From: Histomonas meleagridis 2922-C6/04-290x
Lineage: Eukaryota; Protista; Parabasalia
Assembly: GCA_020184695.1 (NCBI GenBank)
Contig: JAANOX010000190.1
Span: 62,001-126,000 of the forward strand
DNA: 64,000 nt
Reading direction: 5' to 3'
The notes below the pieces were generated by a model that worked only from the letters and a program-made list of their open reading frames with translations, did not search any database and was not told the origin of the DNA. The position numbers and the translations under genes were made by a program. Below are positions 42,791 to 53,154 of the stretch, in pieces. Positions within the stretch are counted from its first letter, which is position 1. Every line of letters starts with the position of its first letter.

Positions 42791-42964
42791 TTTGAGTTGT
42801 TCAAAACGTTTTGGCTTATCGATGATTTGTAAACTTATTAAAAAATGAAATATTGGGGCACCCTGAAATTGAAAGCAAAACGTCATTAAAAGGGCTATTT
42901 AAATGAATTTTATGTAAACAAGTCACTTAAGTTAAAATTAACCGCATTTTTAAAAAATTGTTTT

Positions 42965-45691
42965 ATGCATGAAAATGGTGCATTTACGCCTGAAAAAATA
43001 GAATTAGCTTCTACACTTCTTTATCAAGGTACGGTTGAAAGGCAACAAGAATCAACATTTTATTTGAATGAATGGCAAAAATCCGCAAATTCTTTTAACA
43101 TGGCTTATCAAATTTTGTTATCATCAAAGAACATTTACGCAATTCATACTTCATTAATAGTTATTCATGATTTTGTTAAACACAATTTTTTTAAAATGAA
43201 TCAAGAAGAGCGTTTGAAATTTAGGGAATTCATGATAACGCAACTTCACAAGAACGTCCGTGTTGATATTTTAGCCACCAAGTTAAATGAAATTCTTGTA
43301 ACGATTGCATTATTTGAATGGCCTGAAAATTGGAATACTTTTCCATTTGATATTTATCCCCAAGGTATTGTAACAGAAAGTGTAGCAAATCTACATCTTA
43401 TTCAGTTTCTTATTTCTGAAGTTTTAAATTCAACATTAGTAAATACAAATCGAAGACAAATTCTTCTCAAGTCTATTCACACTATTCTTCCAGCAATATT
43501 TGAAGTTGCCATTTCAGGCCTCAACGAGTCCAACAAAGTTCAAACATCTATTTCACTTATTCATGATCTCTCCAAAATTTCACCACTTGAATATTTTTTC
43601 AACAGATCAATTCTTCACACAATCTTCACTGGATTTCAAGCGTTCGACTTAGTGCATTATGACAGTGTTCGTCTTGCTTCAAGACTTTTTATAAAACGAA
43701 CAGATTCAGAAAATTTTTTTCATATTTTCGCTCCACCGCTTCTTATGATGACATGTTCCGTCAAAGTTCATAGTATAAAGCTTTCGGCCTTTATGATAAA
43801 GCTTTTTATGAAATATGGTGAACTTTTTGAATCAATAGTATCATGGGATCCATCATCAGAAAATATCCGAAAACTCATCCTAAAAGAAACAAACATTGAT
43901 GACTTCACTCAGCAATTCTTCATCCAATACATACGTACACTTAATTCTCCACTTGCTGAGAGCGAAAACAACGGAATTGTATGGCGGTTATGGTGTTCAA
44001 TTTTGAATAGGGCGGTTTCGGCCGTTAGTGATAAACGGTTCCAGTCGACCGTTAACGTTGTCACTTTTCTCTTACCACAAATTATTCCATTGTTATTTAA
44101 TTGTATTGATTATTCAGTTGATGAAGGGATTATCAAAGATAAGAACATTTTCGAATGCTTTTCATTATTATACCAATTTAATCAAGATGCATTAATCCAA
44201 TTTCTTACAAAACAATCATTATCAGTTCCATTAAATTATTTATTTGGAATTTTATGTTCTTCATTCTCTGAAACAATCGAATTAGAAATATATGAGAAAG
44301 TGTTTCCTGCCATTTTTAAAGAAATGGAAACATTTGAAATCGAATCACGATTTATTCAATCTGGAATATTTGCTATTACAAGATGCTTAAAATATCTTAA
44401 AAGAAATCATTGCGTTCTAGGTAAATTATCAAGGTTTTTACTTAAATGTTTAGAATGTAATGATGAGTCAGTTCAAGATGCTTCTTCTCGTGCTTTAAAT
44501 TATCTTTCTTTACATATGGGTATAATTTTCCAAATTAATGACGGTAAATTATTCGTTTCTCTGATGCATAACGTTGAAAATATATTAAGACTTCAATGCG
44601 GTACAAGACTTTATAAAGTTTTATGTCGAGAAATCGGATTCCATAAGAAAAAGGAGTTCCTTTATGAAGTGATCTCGAGACCGTTAAATCAGCGGTTTTT
44701 AACGTTCCTCGAAACTTATCCAAATTGTGATTGGGAACAAGTACAAGTAGCTTTTGATTGTATGATATATAACCCTTTACACTCAAGAAGTACTGGAGAA
44801 GTGTTCAAAAATTTGAGTAGAAGATTATTTGAATTAACAACAATATTCTTCGACAAAAACTTTCCTTATGAATTAATGGTAGAAAAATTGTTTTTGGTGT
44901 TTTCTGTGGGCATTTGTGAGTCTGATATTGTAGAAATACATCCTTTGATTTTGGCATTATTGAAAATGATTCATCAAAATCCACATCTTTATGTTTATTC
45001 TTTCTTCTTAGTTGCTTCCATTAGAAACACACATTCAAATTTTGATGAATTGTTTCCAATTATTATGGAAGAAATAATTGATCCTTATCTTAATAGTGGT
45101 ATGGAATTAGAACCCGATTATTTCGTAATGATCTCAAAGTTCGATCCCAAGGTTGTCATCATACCCAAGATATTAACCTCAATTTCATCAGGAATTCTTG
45201 ATCTCAAATCTGACATAAATACATCTGCAATTTCTTGTTTAATAAGTCTGATATCAAAGATGTCACCCGAAGAACTTGTTGAATTCAACAAAGAATGTCG
45301 GAAGAACTTTGTTTTCGCAGTTGTTTCATCTTTATGTGACATGTTGCATGTATCGTCTTTTTCACATCACATTTCACTACTTCAAATTTTTGTTAGAACT
45401 TCATCAAATCATGAAGAACTTGGAATAGAATTATATGAATCATTGAATTCAGCCACACCAGAACCGCAAGCGAATTTCTTTCAAATGTTTATTGATACAT
45501 TGTTTAATGCATCTGATGATATATCAAAACTTTCATTAACTGTTCGAGATTTCTTATACGCAATACAAAGAATAACGCCAATTGGTTGGGATGAGATAGA
45601 GTTACAGACACAAACAAATGAAGAAAGTAATCATTTTCGAAATGTGTTCTTTAATGAGCAACAATTAATTGCATCTGAAGGATTCCAATAG
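42965..45691 (+). CDS. Exportin-1/CRM1-like karyopherin (divergent)
   Basis: Importin-beta N-terminal helix pattern, KLNEILVTIALFEWPENWNTF (Xpo1 domain), HEAT-like helices throughout. Confidence 0.7.
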   Translation: MHENGAFTPEKIELASTLLYQGTVERQQESTFYLNEWQKSANSFNMAYQILLSSKNIYAIHTSLIVIHDFVKHNFFKMNQEERLKFREFMITQLHKNVRVDILATKLNEILVTIALFEWPENWNTFPFDIYPQGIVTESVANLHLIQFLISEVLNSTLVNTNRRQILLKSIHTILPAIFEVAISGLNESNKVQTSISLIHDLSKISPLEYFFNRSILHTIFTGFQAFDLVHYDSVRLASRLFIKRTDSENFFHIFAPPLLMMTCSVKVHSIKLSAFMIKLFMKYGELFESIVSWDPSSENIRKLILKETNIDDFTQQFFIQYIRTLNSPLAESENNGIVWRLWCSILNRAVSAVSDKRFQSTVNVVTFLLPQIIPLLFNCIDYSVDEGIIKDKNIFECFSLLYQFNQDALIQFLTKQSLSVPLNYLFGILCSSFSETIELEIYEKVFPAIFKEMETFEIESRFIQSGIFAITRCLKYLKRNHCVLGKLSRFLLKCLECNDESVQDASSRALNYLSLHMGIIFQINDGKLFVSLMHNVENILRLQCGTRLYKVLCREIGFHKKKEFLYEVISRPLNQRFLTFLETYPNCDWEQVQVAFDCMIYNPLHSRSTGEVFKNLSRRLFELTTIFFDKNFPYELMVEKLFLVFSVGICESDIVEIHPLILALLKMIHQNPHLYVYSFFLVASIRNTHSNFDELFPIIMEEIIDPYLNSGMELEPDYFVMISKFDPKVVIIPKILTSISSGILDLKSDINTSAISCLISLISKMSPEELVEFNKECRKNFVFAVVSSLCDMLHVSSFSHHISLLQIFVRTSSNHEELGIELYESLNSATPEPQANFFQMFIDTLFNASDDISKLSLTVRDFLYAIQRITPIGWDEIELQTQTNEESNHFRNVFFNEQQLIASEGFQ

Positions 45692-46032
45692 ACAAAATGT
45701 TTGACATGTTTTTTGTTTTTGTTGTTATTAAATTAATAAATTTATATTTTAAAATTTAATTTTTTTTTTTTTTTTTTATGAAATAATTATTTCAAAAAAT
45801 TACAATGAGAAATATGAAACAATATAATATAATAAAAGAAAAAATGATATGTAAACAACTATAGAGATGTACTCCATGATAATTATCGATAACAATGAAG
45901 TGTGTCATAGGTTATTTTTATATTTTGGTTTCTGACTAATTTTCTGAAGTTTCCGGTCAACTCTTTCAAAATTTGACTGTTTCCATTCGATCAAATTGAA
46001 AATTTCACCTTTTTATTTAACAAATTTGCGTA

Positions 46033-48662
46033 ATGCAAGAAGAAAGAAATCATAAAGAACAGAATGAATGGGAATTGGTTTTATCGATCAAGGATATAAT
46101 TTTTAGTTTGAATGAAGGAAATAATACGCAATCGGTAAATATTATAATAGACAAATTTGATAAAGTTCATCCATTTTCTTTTAACTTAATTATTATCCAA
46201 ATGATATATGATACATTTGCTTTAAGAATGGATAATCCTCTTATATATCTGAAATTTATGAAAGAAATTCAAGAAAAAAGCAAAATAAATATCATTGATG
46301 AATTTACAAGTTATCTTCTTAATAAACGCACACATGAATCAAACTATCTCATTGATACTATGATTGAACAAAAAATTCTTGAACCAAAAATAGTTAGCAA
46401 TATATCAGATCCATATTTTACACATTATAAAGAAGAAACAAAACAAAGTGAACTATCAGTGAATGATCAGGAACTTCATAAGGAATTACTTAAAGAAGGA
46501 CATAATCCAAATGAAATTACAAAAATAATTCGAAATGATGATATAGAAAAACTTCAAGAAATATCATCACAAACTAATTTCAATTTTAATCAAACAATTG
46601 AGCCATCATTATATGAAAGATGTTCATTTATTAACAAACCAAATATTTCATTAATTGATTATGCAGCATTTTTTGGCTCAATTAAATGCTTTAAGTTTTT
46701 ATTAATAAATGGAACAGATGTAAGTAACGCAAGTAAATATGCAGTTGCAGGTGGAAATGAAGAAATTATTCATATATGTGAACAAAATCATTTATCTTTT
46801 TATAAAGGACAAGAAACTGCAATTAAATTCCATCAAAATGATATCTTTTTATATCTTTACGAAAATAAAATTAAACAAATAAATAACTTTGAAGAACTCG
46901 GAAAGAAATGTATCTCTCATAATAATTATGAAATTTTCTCATTTTTACAAGAAAAAGGAATGACAATTAATGATGAAATTATTAATAAAACAGCATTAAT
47001 TGGGAATTTTTATCTTGTTAGATATTTTCTTAATGAAAAACAACCACCAAAAGACATTTTGAGTTTTTCTGTTCGATCAAATAACTTAGAATTAATTAAA
47101 TATATATTGGAACAAAAAGACATTAATATTAACGAAAGAAGTATTTATATGTTTTATTTAAAATTTATTTACATAATTTGGAAATTATTTAAAATATTTC
47201 AAACAGCACTTATGCTTGCATCTTCAAATAATAAAATAGAAATAGTTAAATTACTTCTTGAACAAAAAGAAATCGATATTAATGCTAAGAATAGAATTTA
47301 TTTTAATAATTCAATATTTGAAAATTATTTTTGGAAATTATTTAAAATATTTCACACAGCACTTATGGATGCATCTTATGATGGTCATGCTGAAATAGTC
47401 AAATTACTTCTTGAACAAGAAGGAATTGATATTAATGTTAAAGGTGTTTATTTGCTTTATTTGGATTTTATTTTAATATTTTGATATTTGAAAATAAAAG
47501 TTGGAAATTATTTATAAAATTTAAAACAGCACTTATACTTGCATCTTCACATAATAAAAAAGAAATTGTTGAATTACTTCTTGAACAAAATGGAATTGAT
47601 GTTAATGCTAAAGATGTGTATTTGTTCTATATAAAATTAATTTTAATTATTTTGGATTTCAAGATATTTTTTGGTAATTATTTACTTTATTTAATACTGC
47701 ACTTATGTGGGCATCTTTACAGAATTATTTAGAAATTGTTCAATTACTTCTTTCACATGAAGGAATTGATATTAATGCTGAAAATATTTTATTGACTAAA
47801 TTGATATTTGTGTAAATAATTCTGGATTCCAAAATATTATTTGGAAATTATTTAAATCATTTAATACGGCACTTTTAAATGCTTCTAAAAGACATACAGA
47901 AATAGTTAAATTACTTCTTGAGCAAAAAGAAATTAATGTTAATGCAAAAAATATTTATTTGCTTTATTTAAGATATATTTCAATAATTTGATATTTCAAA
48001 ATAATATTTGGAAATTATTTATAACATTTAAGACAGGACTTATCGAAGCATCTGAAAATGGTCATACAGAAATAGTTAAATTACTTCTTGAACAAAAAGG
48101 AATTGATATTAATGCTAAAGATATTTATTTGTTTCATTTAAGATATATTTCAATAATTTGATATTTCAAAATAATATTTGGAAATTATTTATAACATTTA
48201 AGACAGGACTTATCGAAGCATCTGAAAATGGTCATACAGAAATAGTTAAATTACTTCTTGAACAAAAAGGAATTGATATTAATGCTAAAGATATTTATTT
48301 GTTTTATATAATATTTATTTTAATAATTTTGGATTTCAAAATAATATTTGGAAATGATTTAAATTATTTAATACAGCACTTATGTTTGCATCTTCAAATA
48401 ATTATGTATATATAGTTAAATTGCTTCTTGAACAAAAAGGAATTGATATTAATGCTCAAAATGTTTATATGTTTTAAATAATTTTTATTCTAATATATTG
48501 AAATTTCATAATAATATTTGGAGATTATTTAAAGTATTGAGTACAGCATTTATGCTTGCATCTTCAAAAGGTTACACAAATATTGCTGAATTACTTACTA
48601 CCCAAAATGGACTTGATATTGATACTAAAGATGTTTGTTTATATTATTTAAATATTGCTTAG
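46033..48662 (+). CDS. Second DUF3447-type ankyrin-repeat gene interrupted by nine inserts (continuous ORF ends at 47484)
   Basis: Shares the N-terminal domain with the 33030 gene. Nine ankyrin segments start at 47203, 47356, 47526, 47696, 47866, 48033, 48203, 48373 and 48543; all are stop-free; final stop TAG at 48660-48662. Confidence 0.8.
47140..48542 (+). repeat. 170-nt periodic array: 87-nt ankyrin segment plus 83-nt insert
   Basis: Inserts of 63, 66, then seven of exactly 83 nt despite sequence divergence. Confidence 0.92.
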
Positions 48663-49448
48663 TTAGTTAGAAAGGAGCTGAATTGTTTCACATATAAATA
48701 TAATCACTTATAGTTAATTTAATCAGATTACAATAAAATGAAATTTAAAAATATTTTTTTCCTTTATTATTATACTTATTGCTGTAAAATTTTCAATATT
48801 ACAATCTAGTTGATCAATTATTTAATAATTGATTTAATAGTCAAGAAAAATTCCTTTCAATGTATAGAGCTACCCAAGGATCCACTTAAAGCATTATGTA
48901 TAAGCACGAAGAAGTTGTATATAAATTAATGCTAGATTAACTCACTACATAATTCATTTAATAGAGATGTAAATCTTATCACAACTGATTTATATGGATG
49001 TTGTTGAGTTTGTTTTTTTTTAGTGTTATTATTATTTTAAGTAGTTTATAACGTTAAAGTCAATTCCTTTTTGTTCAAGAAGAAATTTAACAATATCTAT
49101 GTGGCCTTTTTCATATGCACAAATTAATGCTGTTCTATTTTACAAGTTGATATAATTGAGTATTTTTATCTATTTTTCTAATAAACTTATAGCTACATTC
49201 AGATGGATAAATTTCATAAAATATTTTCATTCATGATTTTCATACTCGCTTTGGTTCATGCTGAAAATATGACAAAAGAAACCATGGAGGCCTTGATATG
49301 AAATTGAATACAGATCTGAGCCGAATTTAAATTAATAAATTCATATCTTATATATCATGACACATGATACACATAATGTTTATCACATTAAAAAAATCAA
49401 GAAATATCACGTGATGAATTATTTAGACATTATTTCGTTGTTGCGTTT

Positions 49449-49487
49449 GACGGTTACGACGGTTTTATCGGTTTTGGCTTGGCCTTT
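49449..49487 (+). promoter_or_regulatory. Trichomonad core promoter: tandem M3-like (GACGGTTA, GACGGTTT) plus M5 (CCTTT)
   Basis: The motifs lie 8-46 nt upstream of the RPS8 ATG. The M3/M5 pair is the described non-Inr promoter of T. vaginalis ribosomal protein genes. Confidence 0.7.
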
Positions 49488-49494
49488 TTGCAAA

Positions 49495-50094
49495 ATGGGT
49501 ATCACCCGTATGGGAGATCTTAAGCGCGCAAAGTCAGGTGCTCGTTCAGTTGCCTGGCGTAACAAACGTAATCACGCAGTCGGTCGTCCAGCTGCTAACA
49601 CACGTATTGGTGAAAAGAGAATCCACCTTGTTCGTACACGCGGTGGTAACTACAAGCGTAGAGCTCTTCGTCTTGACCATGGTACATTCTCATGGGCATC
49701 GGAAAATGTTTCACGTAAGACACGTATCCTTTCTACAGTTTATCATCCATCTGATAACGAATTCGTTCGTACAAACACACTTACAAAGGGATCTATTGTT
49801 TCAATTGATTCTGCCCCATTCAAACAATGGTACGAACGCCATTATGGAAAAGGACTTGGTCGTTCCCAATACGAAAAGCCAGCAAATGTCAGCGAAAGAG
49901 TCAAGCAAAGATGGGAAAAACTCGCTAACGAAGCTCCACTTGCCAATAACTTAGTATCACAATTCGATCAAGGACGTGTTCTTGCTGCCATTGCATCACG
50001 CCCAGGTCAATGCGGTCGTGCTGATGGTTATATCCTCGAAGGTGAAGAGCTCGATTTCTACATGGCACGCGTTTCTAAGAAAGGCAAGAAATAA
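49495..50094 (+). CDS. RPS8: 40S ribosomal protein S8 (eS8)
   Basis: MGITR...GRPAANTRIG, RTRGGNYKRRALRLD, TNTLTKGSIVSID, SRPGQCGRADGYILEG; strongly biased codons. Confidence 0.97.
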   Translation: MGITRMGDLKRAKSGARSVAWRNKRNHAVGRPAANTRIGEKRIHLVRTRGGNYKRRALRLDHGTFSWASENVSRKTRILSTVYHPSDNEFVRTNTLTKGSIVSIDSAPFKQWYERHYGKGLGRSQYEKPANVSERVKQRWEKLANEAPLANNLVSQFDQGRVLAAIASRPGQCGRADGYILEGEELDFYMARVSKKGKK

Positions 50095-50493
50095 ATGAGT
50101 AAACATTATTCAAATCACTATATATCCATTTTATTATCCGACATCTACGTCAGGTATGTGCTAAAGTATGTAACGAAAATAATTACTGATTTGAATCTGA
50201 ATTTTACAAAATTTTAACTTCACTAAAAAAAACTTCACCATAAAAGACGAATGAACAGAGTTTAATATCTAATTATAATATGAAAATATCATTTTTTTTG
50301 ATATGTGCATATTTCACATAAACTACAAAATCGTTCTTCATTTATATTAATGATTAACACCATTAATGCTTTTCTCATAGTTTGATTTAATTAATTAAAT
50401 CAAAGATTAGAGTTGAATTTAGAGAAACAAAATTTATAGGCGACCGTTAAAAATAAGACATAAAAAAATAAAAAATTAAAAACTATTTGGATT

Positions 50494-51102
50494 TTAACAG
50501 TTGCAAGGCTTCTTTTCTTTTTGCGTCTCTTTTGTGACAGTGATTGAAATAGGCGGGATATCAAGGTGTGTAGTTACATTAAGAAATGTTTTGAAATATT
50601 TTTCAAAAGCTTCAGTGATTCCATCACCTGTCTTAGCAGAAACCTTTGCTGTTTGGTTGATGTTGTGCTTCTGTGCCCATTGTTGAATGGTTTCATCAGA
50701 AACTTGTGATTCCATATCAGATTTATTACCTAAGACCAAAACAGGTAAAGGTTGTTGCTGATCGAACTCAGCGGTATCAAGAAACATATTCAAGTAGATT
50801 TCAATTTCACCAAAGCTTTGAAGATTTGTTACATCATAAACAAGAATAAGGCCGTTTGCTCCTCTTAAAAGAGATGGTGCAACACTTCTAAATCTTTCTT
50901 CACCTGCAGTGTCCCACAACATGATATTGATTTCTGTTTCATCAATATGCATTGTATGAGGAACAAATCCAGCGCCAATAGTTGCTTGTGTATTTTGTAG
51001 GAAAGTACCGTTACAGAACCTATGAATTACACAGGTTTTACCTACGCTAACAGGACCAAGAACAACAATTTTTAGATCGATGCTGCTGGGAGGTTTACTC
51101 AT
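50494..51102 (-). CDS. Rab GTPase
   Basis: GPVSVGKT, TIGAGF, WDTAGEERF, GNKSD, SAKTG and C-terminal CxC (PCNC). Inr-like TCATTT lies upstream of ATG 51102. Confidence 0.92.
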   Translation of the reverse strand: MSKPPSSIDLKIVVLGPVSVGKTCVIHRFCNGTFLQNTQATIGAGFVPHTMHIDETEINIMLWDTAGEERFRSVAPSLLRGANGLILVYDVTNLQSFGEIEIYLNMFLDTAEFDQQQPLPVLVLGNKSDMESQVSDETIQQWAQKHNINQTAKVSAKTGDGITEAFEKYFKTFLNVTTHLDIPPISITVTKETQKEKKPCNC

Positions 51103-51649
51103 TTGGCAAATGAAAACGATAAACTTAACGTAACTTTTGAGGCAAAAATTGTAAGAAACGTTGCATTCAATTTGGGGGTTACGATCATAAAACACTAACA
51201 GATAATTAGCAACTAACACATTCTTATAAGCATATAGTTATTGCAAAAAGACAAATATTTATTTCGTATAGGAATCATCTAATTATGGGTTATCATAAAA
51301 AGTGCATATTTTTTTATATTTGAAATTATTATCATCCAAACAAACAAACAAAAATGATTTCAATAACCTCACTAAAATAAAGATAACCTTAAAAAAACAA
51401 AAAATTGCTCATGTTTTCCAGAATAAAATTATCATATAATTAACAAATACTTTAAACCCCAAAAAACTATAAAAACAAAGCTATGCAGTTATGCTCAAAT
51501 CACATTAATGTAATGTTGGAAAACAATGGAGAACAAATTTGTTAAAATGAAATTCAAAAACACAAAGTATGAGCCATAACTTATTATGGTCACTATAAAA
51601 TGTAAATAGTTAGTAAAAAGACATGGAAACTCCAAATATAAAAATGTAT

Positions 51650-52276
51650 TTAAAGAGGTAAATCAAATATTTGGTTGGAAAAATCTGTTAAACTTAAGGA
51701 GATTTCATCATTATCTGCATTCATATCTATCATACTAGAGTAAGGAATATCACTTTCGTTATCAAATTGATGCTCTATATCAAAATCACTGATTTTAAAA
51801 TCATTAATAAAAACAGGTTGTGTTATGTTTTGTTGTACCGGTTTTTCTTCTGTAGTGGCAGCGGTTCTTATTGACCATTGCCTTAGTTCACTTGTATTCT
51901 CTTTAAATAAGATTAGAAAATTTACCAATTCTGAGTTAATGTCGCCGCGCGAAACGGACGTTTTATATCCCATTAACCTAAGTGCGCCATTTATAGATGA
52001 TTTACACTTATTTATCAAATATTTCAGTTGACGGGAATTGATTGCAATTCCGCAGTTGAGTTGACAAAGACCACACACACAGCAACGGATGTGATCCAGA
52101 TTGTCTCCTCGTTGGGAGTACCTTATGATCTTCTCAAGGCAATCCTTGAGAATTGTTAAGCGTTGTCCCCTATGTCTCTTTTTAGTTGCTTCCAAAAGTT
52201 TTTCTTGGAGCGAGAGATAAGATTTTTGATCTGTTTCTGTAAGTAAGGAAAAATACTTTGGTCTTTCTTGATTCAT
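51650..52276 (-). CDS. Initiator-binding-domain (IBD, IBP39-like) protein
   Basis: RCCVCGLC...IAINSRQLKYLINKCKSSINGALRLMGY is the IBD family signature. Confidence 0.85.
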   Translation of the reverse strand: MNQERPKYFSLLTETDQKSYLSLQEKLLEATKKRHRGQRLTILKDCLEKIIRYSQRGDNLDHIRCCVCGLCQLNCGIAINSRQLKYLINKCKSSINGALRLMGYKTSVSRGDINSELVNFLILFKENTSELRQWSIRTAATTEEKPVQQNITQPVFINDFKISDFDIEHQFDNESDIPYSSMIDMNADNDEISLSLTDFSNQIFDLPL

Positions 52277-52814
52277 GAAAGAATTTTTATGCTTTTTTAA
52301 AAGTGCCATAATTGACAGGTTTATTGGCAGTTTTAATTGTTTGCAGGTTAATGGCTTCGATAGATGAGTACTAGTTAGTAAATTTATGTTAATAGGTATT
52401 TTATATGCTCTAGAACTTTGCATGTATGATAAACATTTGCAAAAGTATAAAAATTATCCGGGATAAATTATACTTGAGTATCCCATTTTCCATAAAGTTA
52501 TGTCTATACTTGATTTAATTTTATGTGAAAATCATACAAGGCTTTATAAAATTGTTGTTTGTGGTTTCAGGTTGGAACAAAATATTGCACTAAGTCTAAA
52601 GAAGTAAGCACACAGCTTTTTGGTATTCCAACAGTGTAATTACACTGTTTAATATAGAAAAAATTTGTTATATTTTTCATAACTGATTTAAGTTTTATTG
52701 TTCTTTTACTTTCAAATAATTTTGAAATTATTTCTCACTGATAGATTCTATGGTTGTTGAAATTAAAATACGACATTATGCTTTGTTTTATTCTATATAA
52801 ATCCTGTTGTTGTT

Positions 52815-52978
52815 CCTCTCGGTTGCGCGTGTAATTTGATCGATCATACGTGGTTCTAAATCAAATACGGATTCCATGCCAGAGGGCCAAGTGATTTGGA
52901 TAACACATGCGCTAATGCAGTTTTACCTGTTCCTGGTGGTCCAACTAGAAGAATTACACGTCCTTGCAATTTTTCCGC
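52815..52978 (-). pseudogene. RuvB-like 2 (Reptin) relic with internal deletion
   Basis: [29 protein letters not shown] (Walker A) is fused out of frame to [15 protein letters not shown] (RUVBL2 METIYDLG-like), which normally lies much further downstream. Confidence 0.75.
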
Positions 52979-53154
52979 TTATAAATAGATGTAATTCCAT
53001 TTTGAATTATAAATTAATAATTTGATTTTTAAATAGGCTAATTTTTAAATCAATTTCCCTATTTATTATAAGTGTACTTACTGAATAATCAAAAAAATGA
53101 AATGCATGAATAAAAAAAACAGAAAAAAATTTTAAACGTTCCCCAGATAAAACA

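Noticed and set aside
47140-48546. Inserts as ordinary GT-AG (or U12 AT-AC) introns using the ACAG in ACA-GCA as acceptor
   Set aside because: Donor dinucleotides at the candidate positions vary (GT, GC, GA, AT). Two copies have ACTG or ACGG instead of ACAG. The G12-to-ACAG excision (76 nt) does not restore the frame. The position-2 option deletes the whole hairpin and the conserved Thr. No ACTAAC branch motif is present.
51195-51230. ACTAAC motifs resembling the trichomonad intron branch point
   Set aside because: They are not followed by ACACAG, lie antisense to and upstream of the Rab gene, and have no matching donor.
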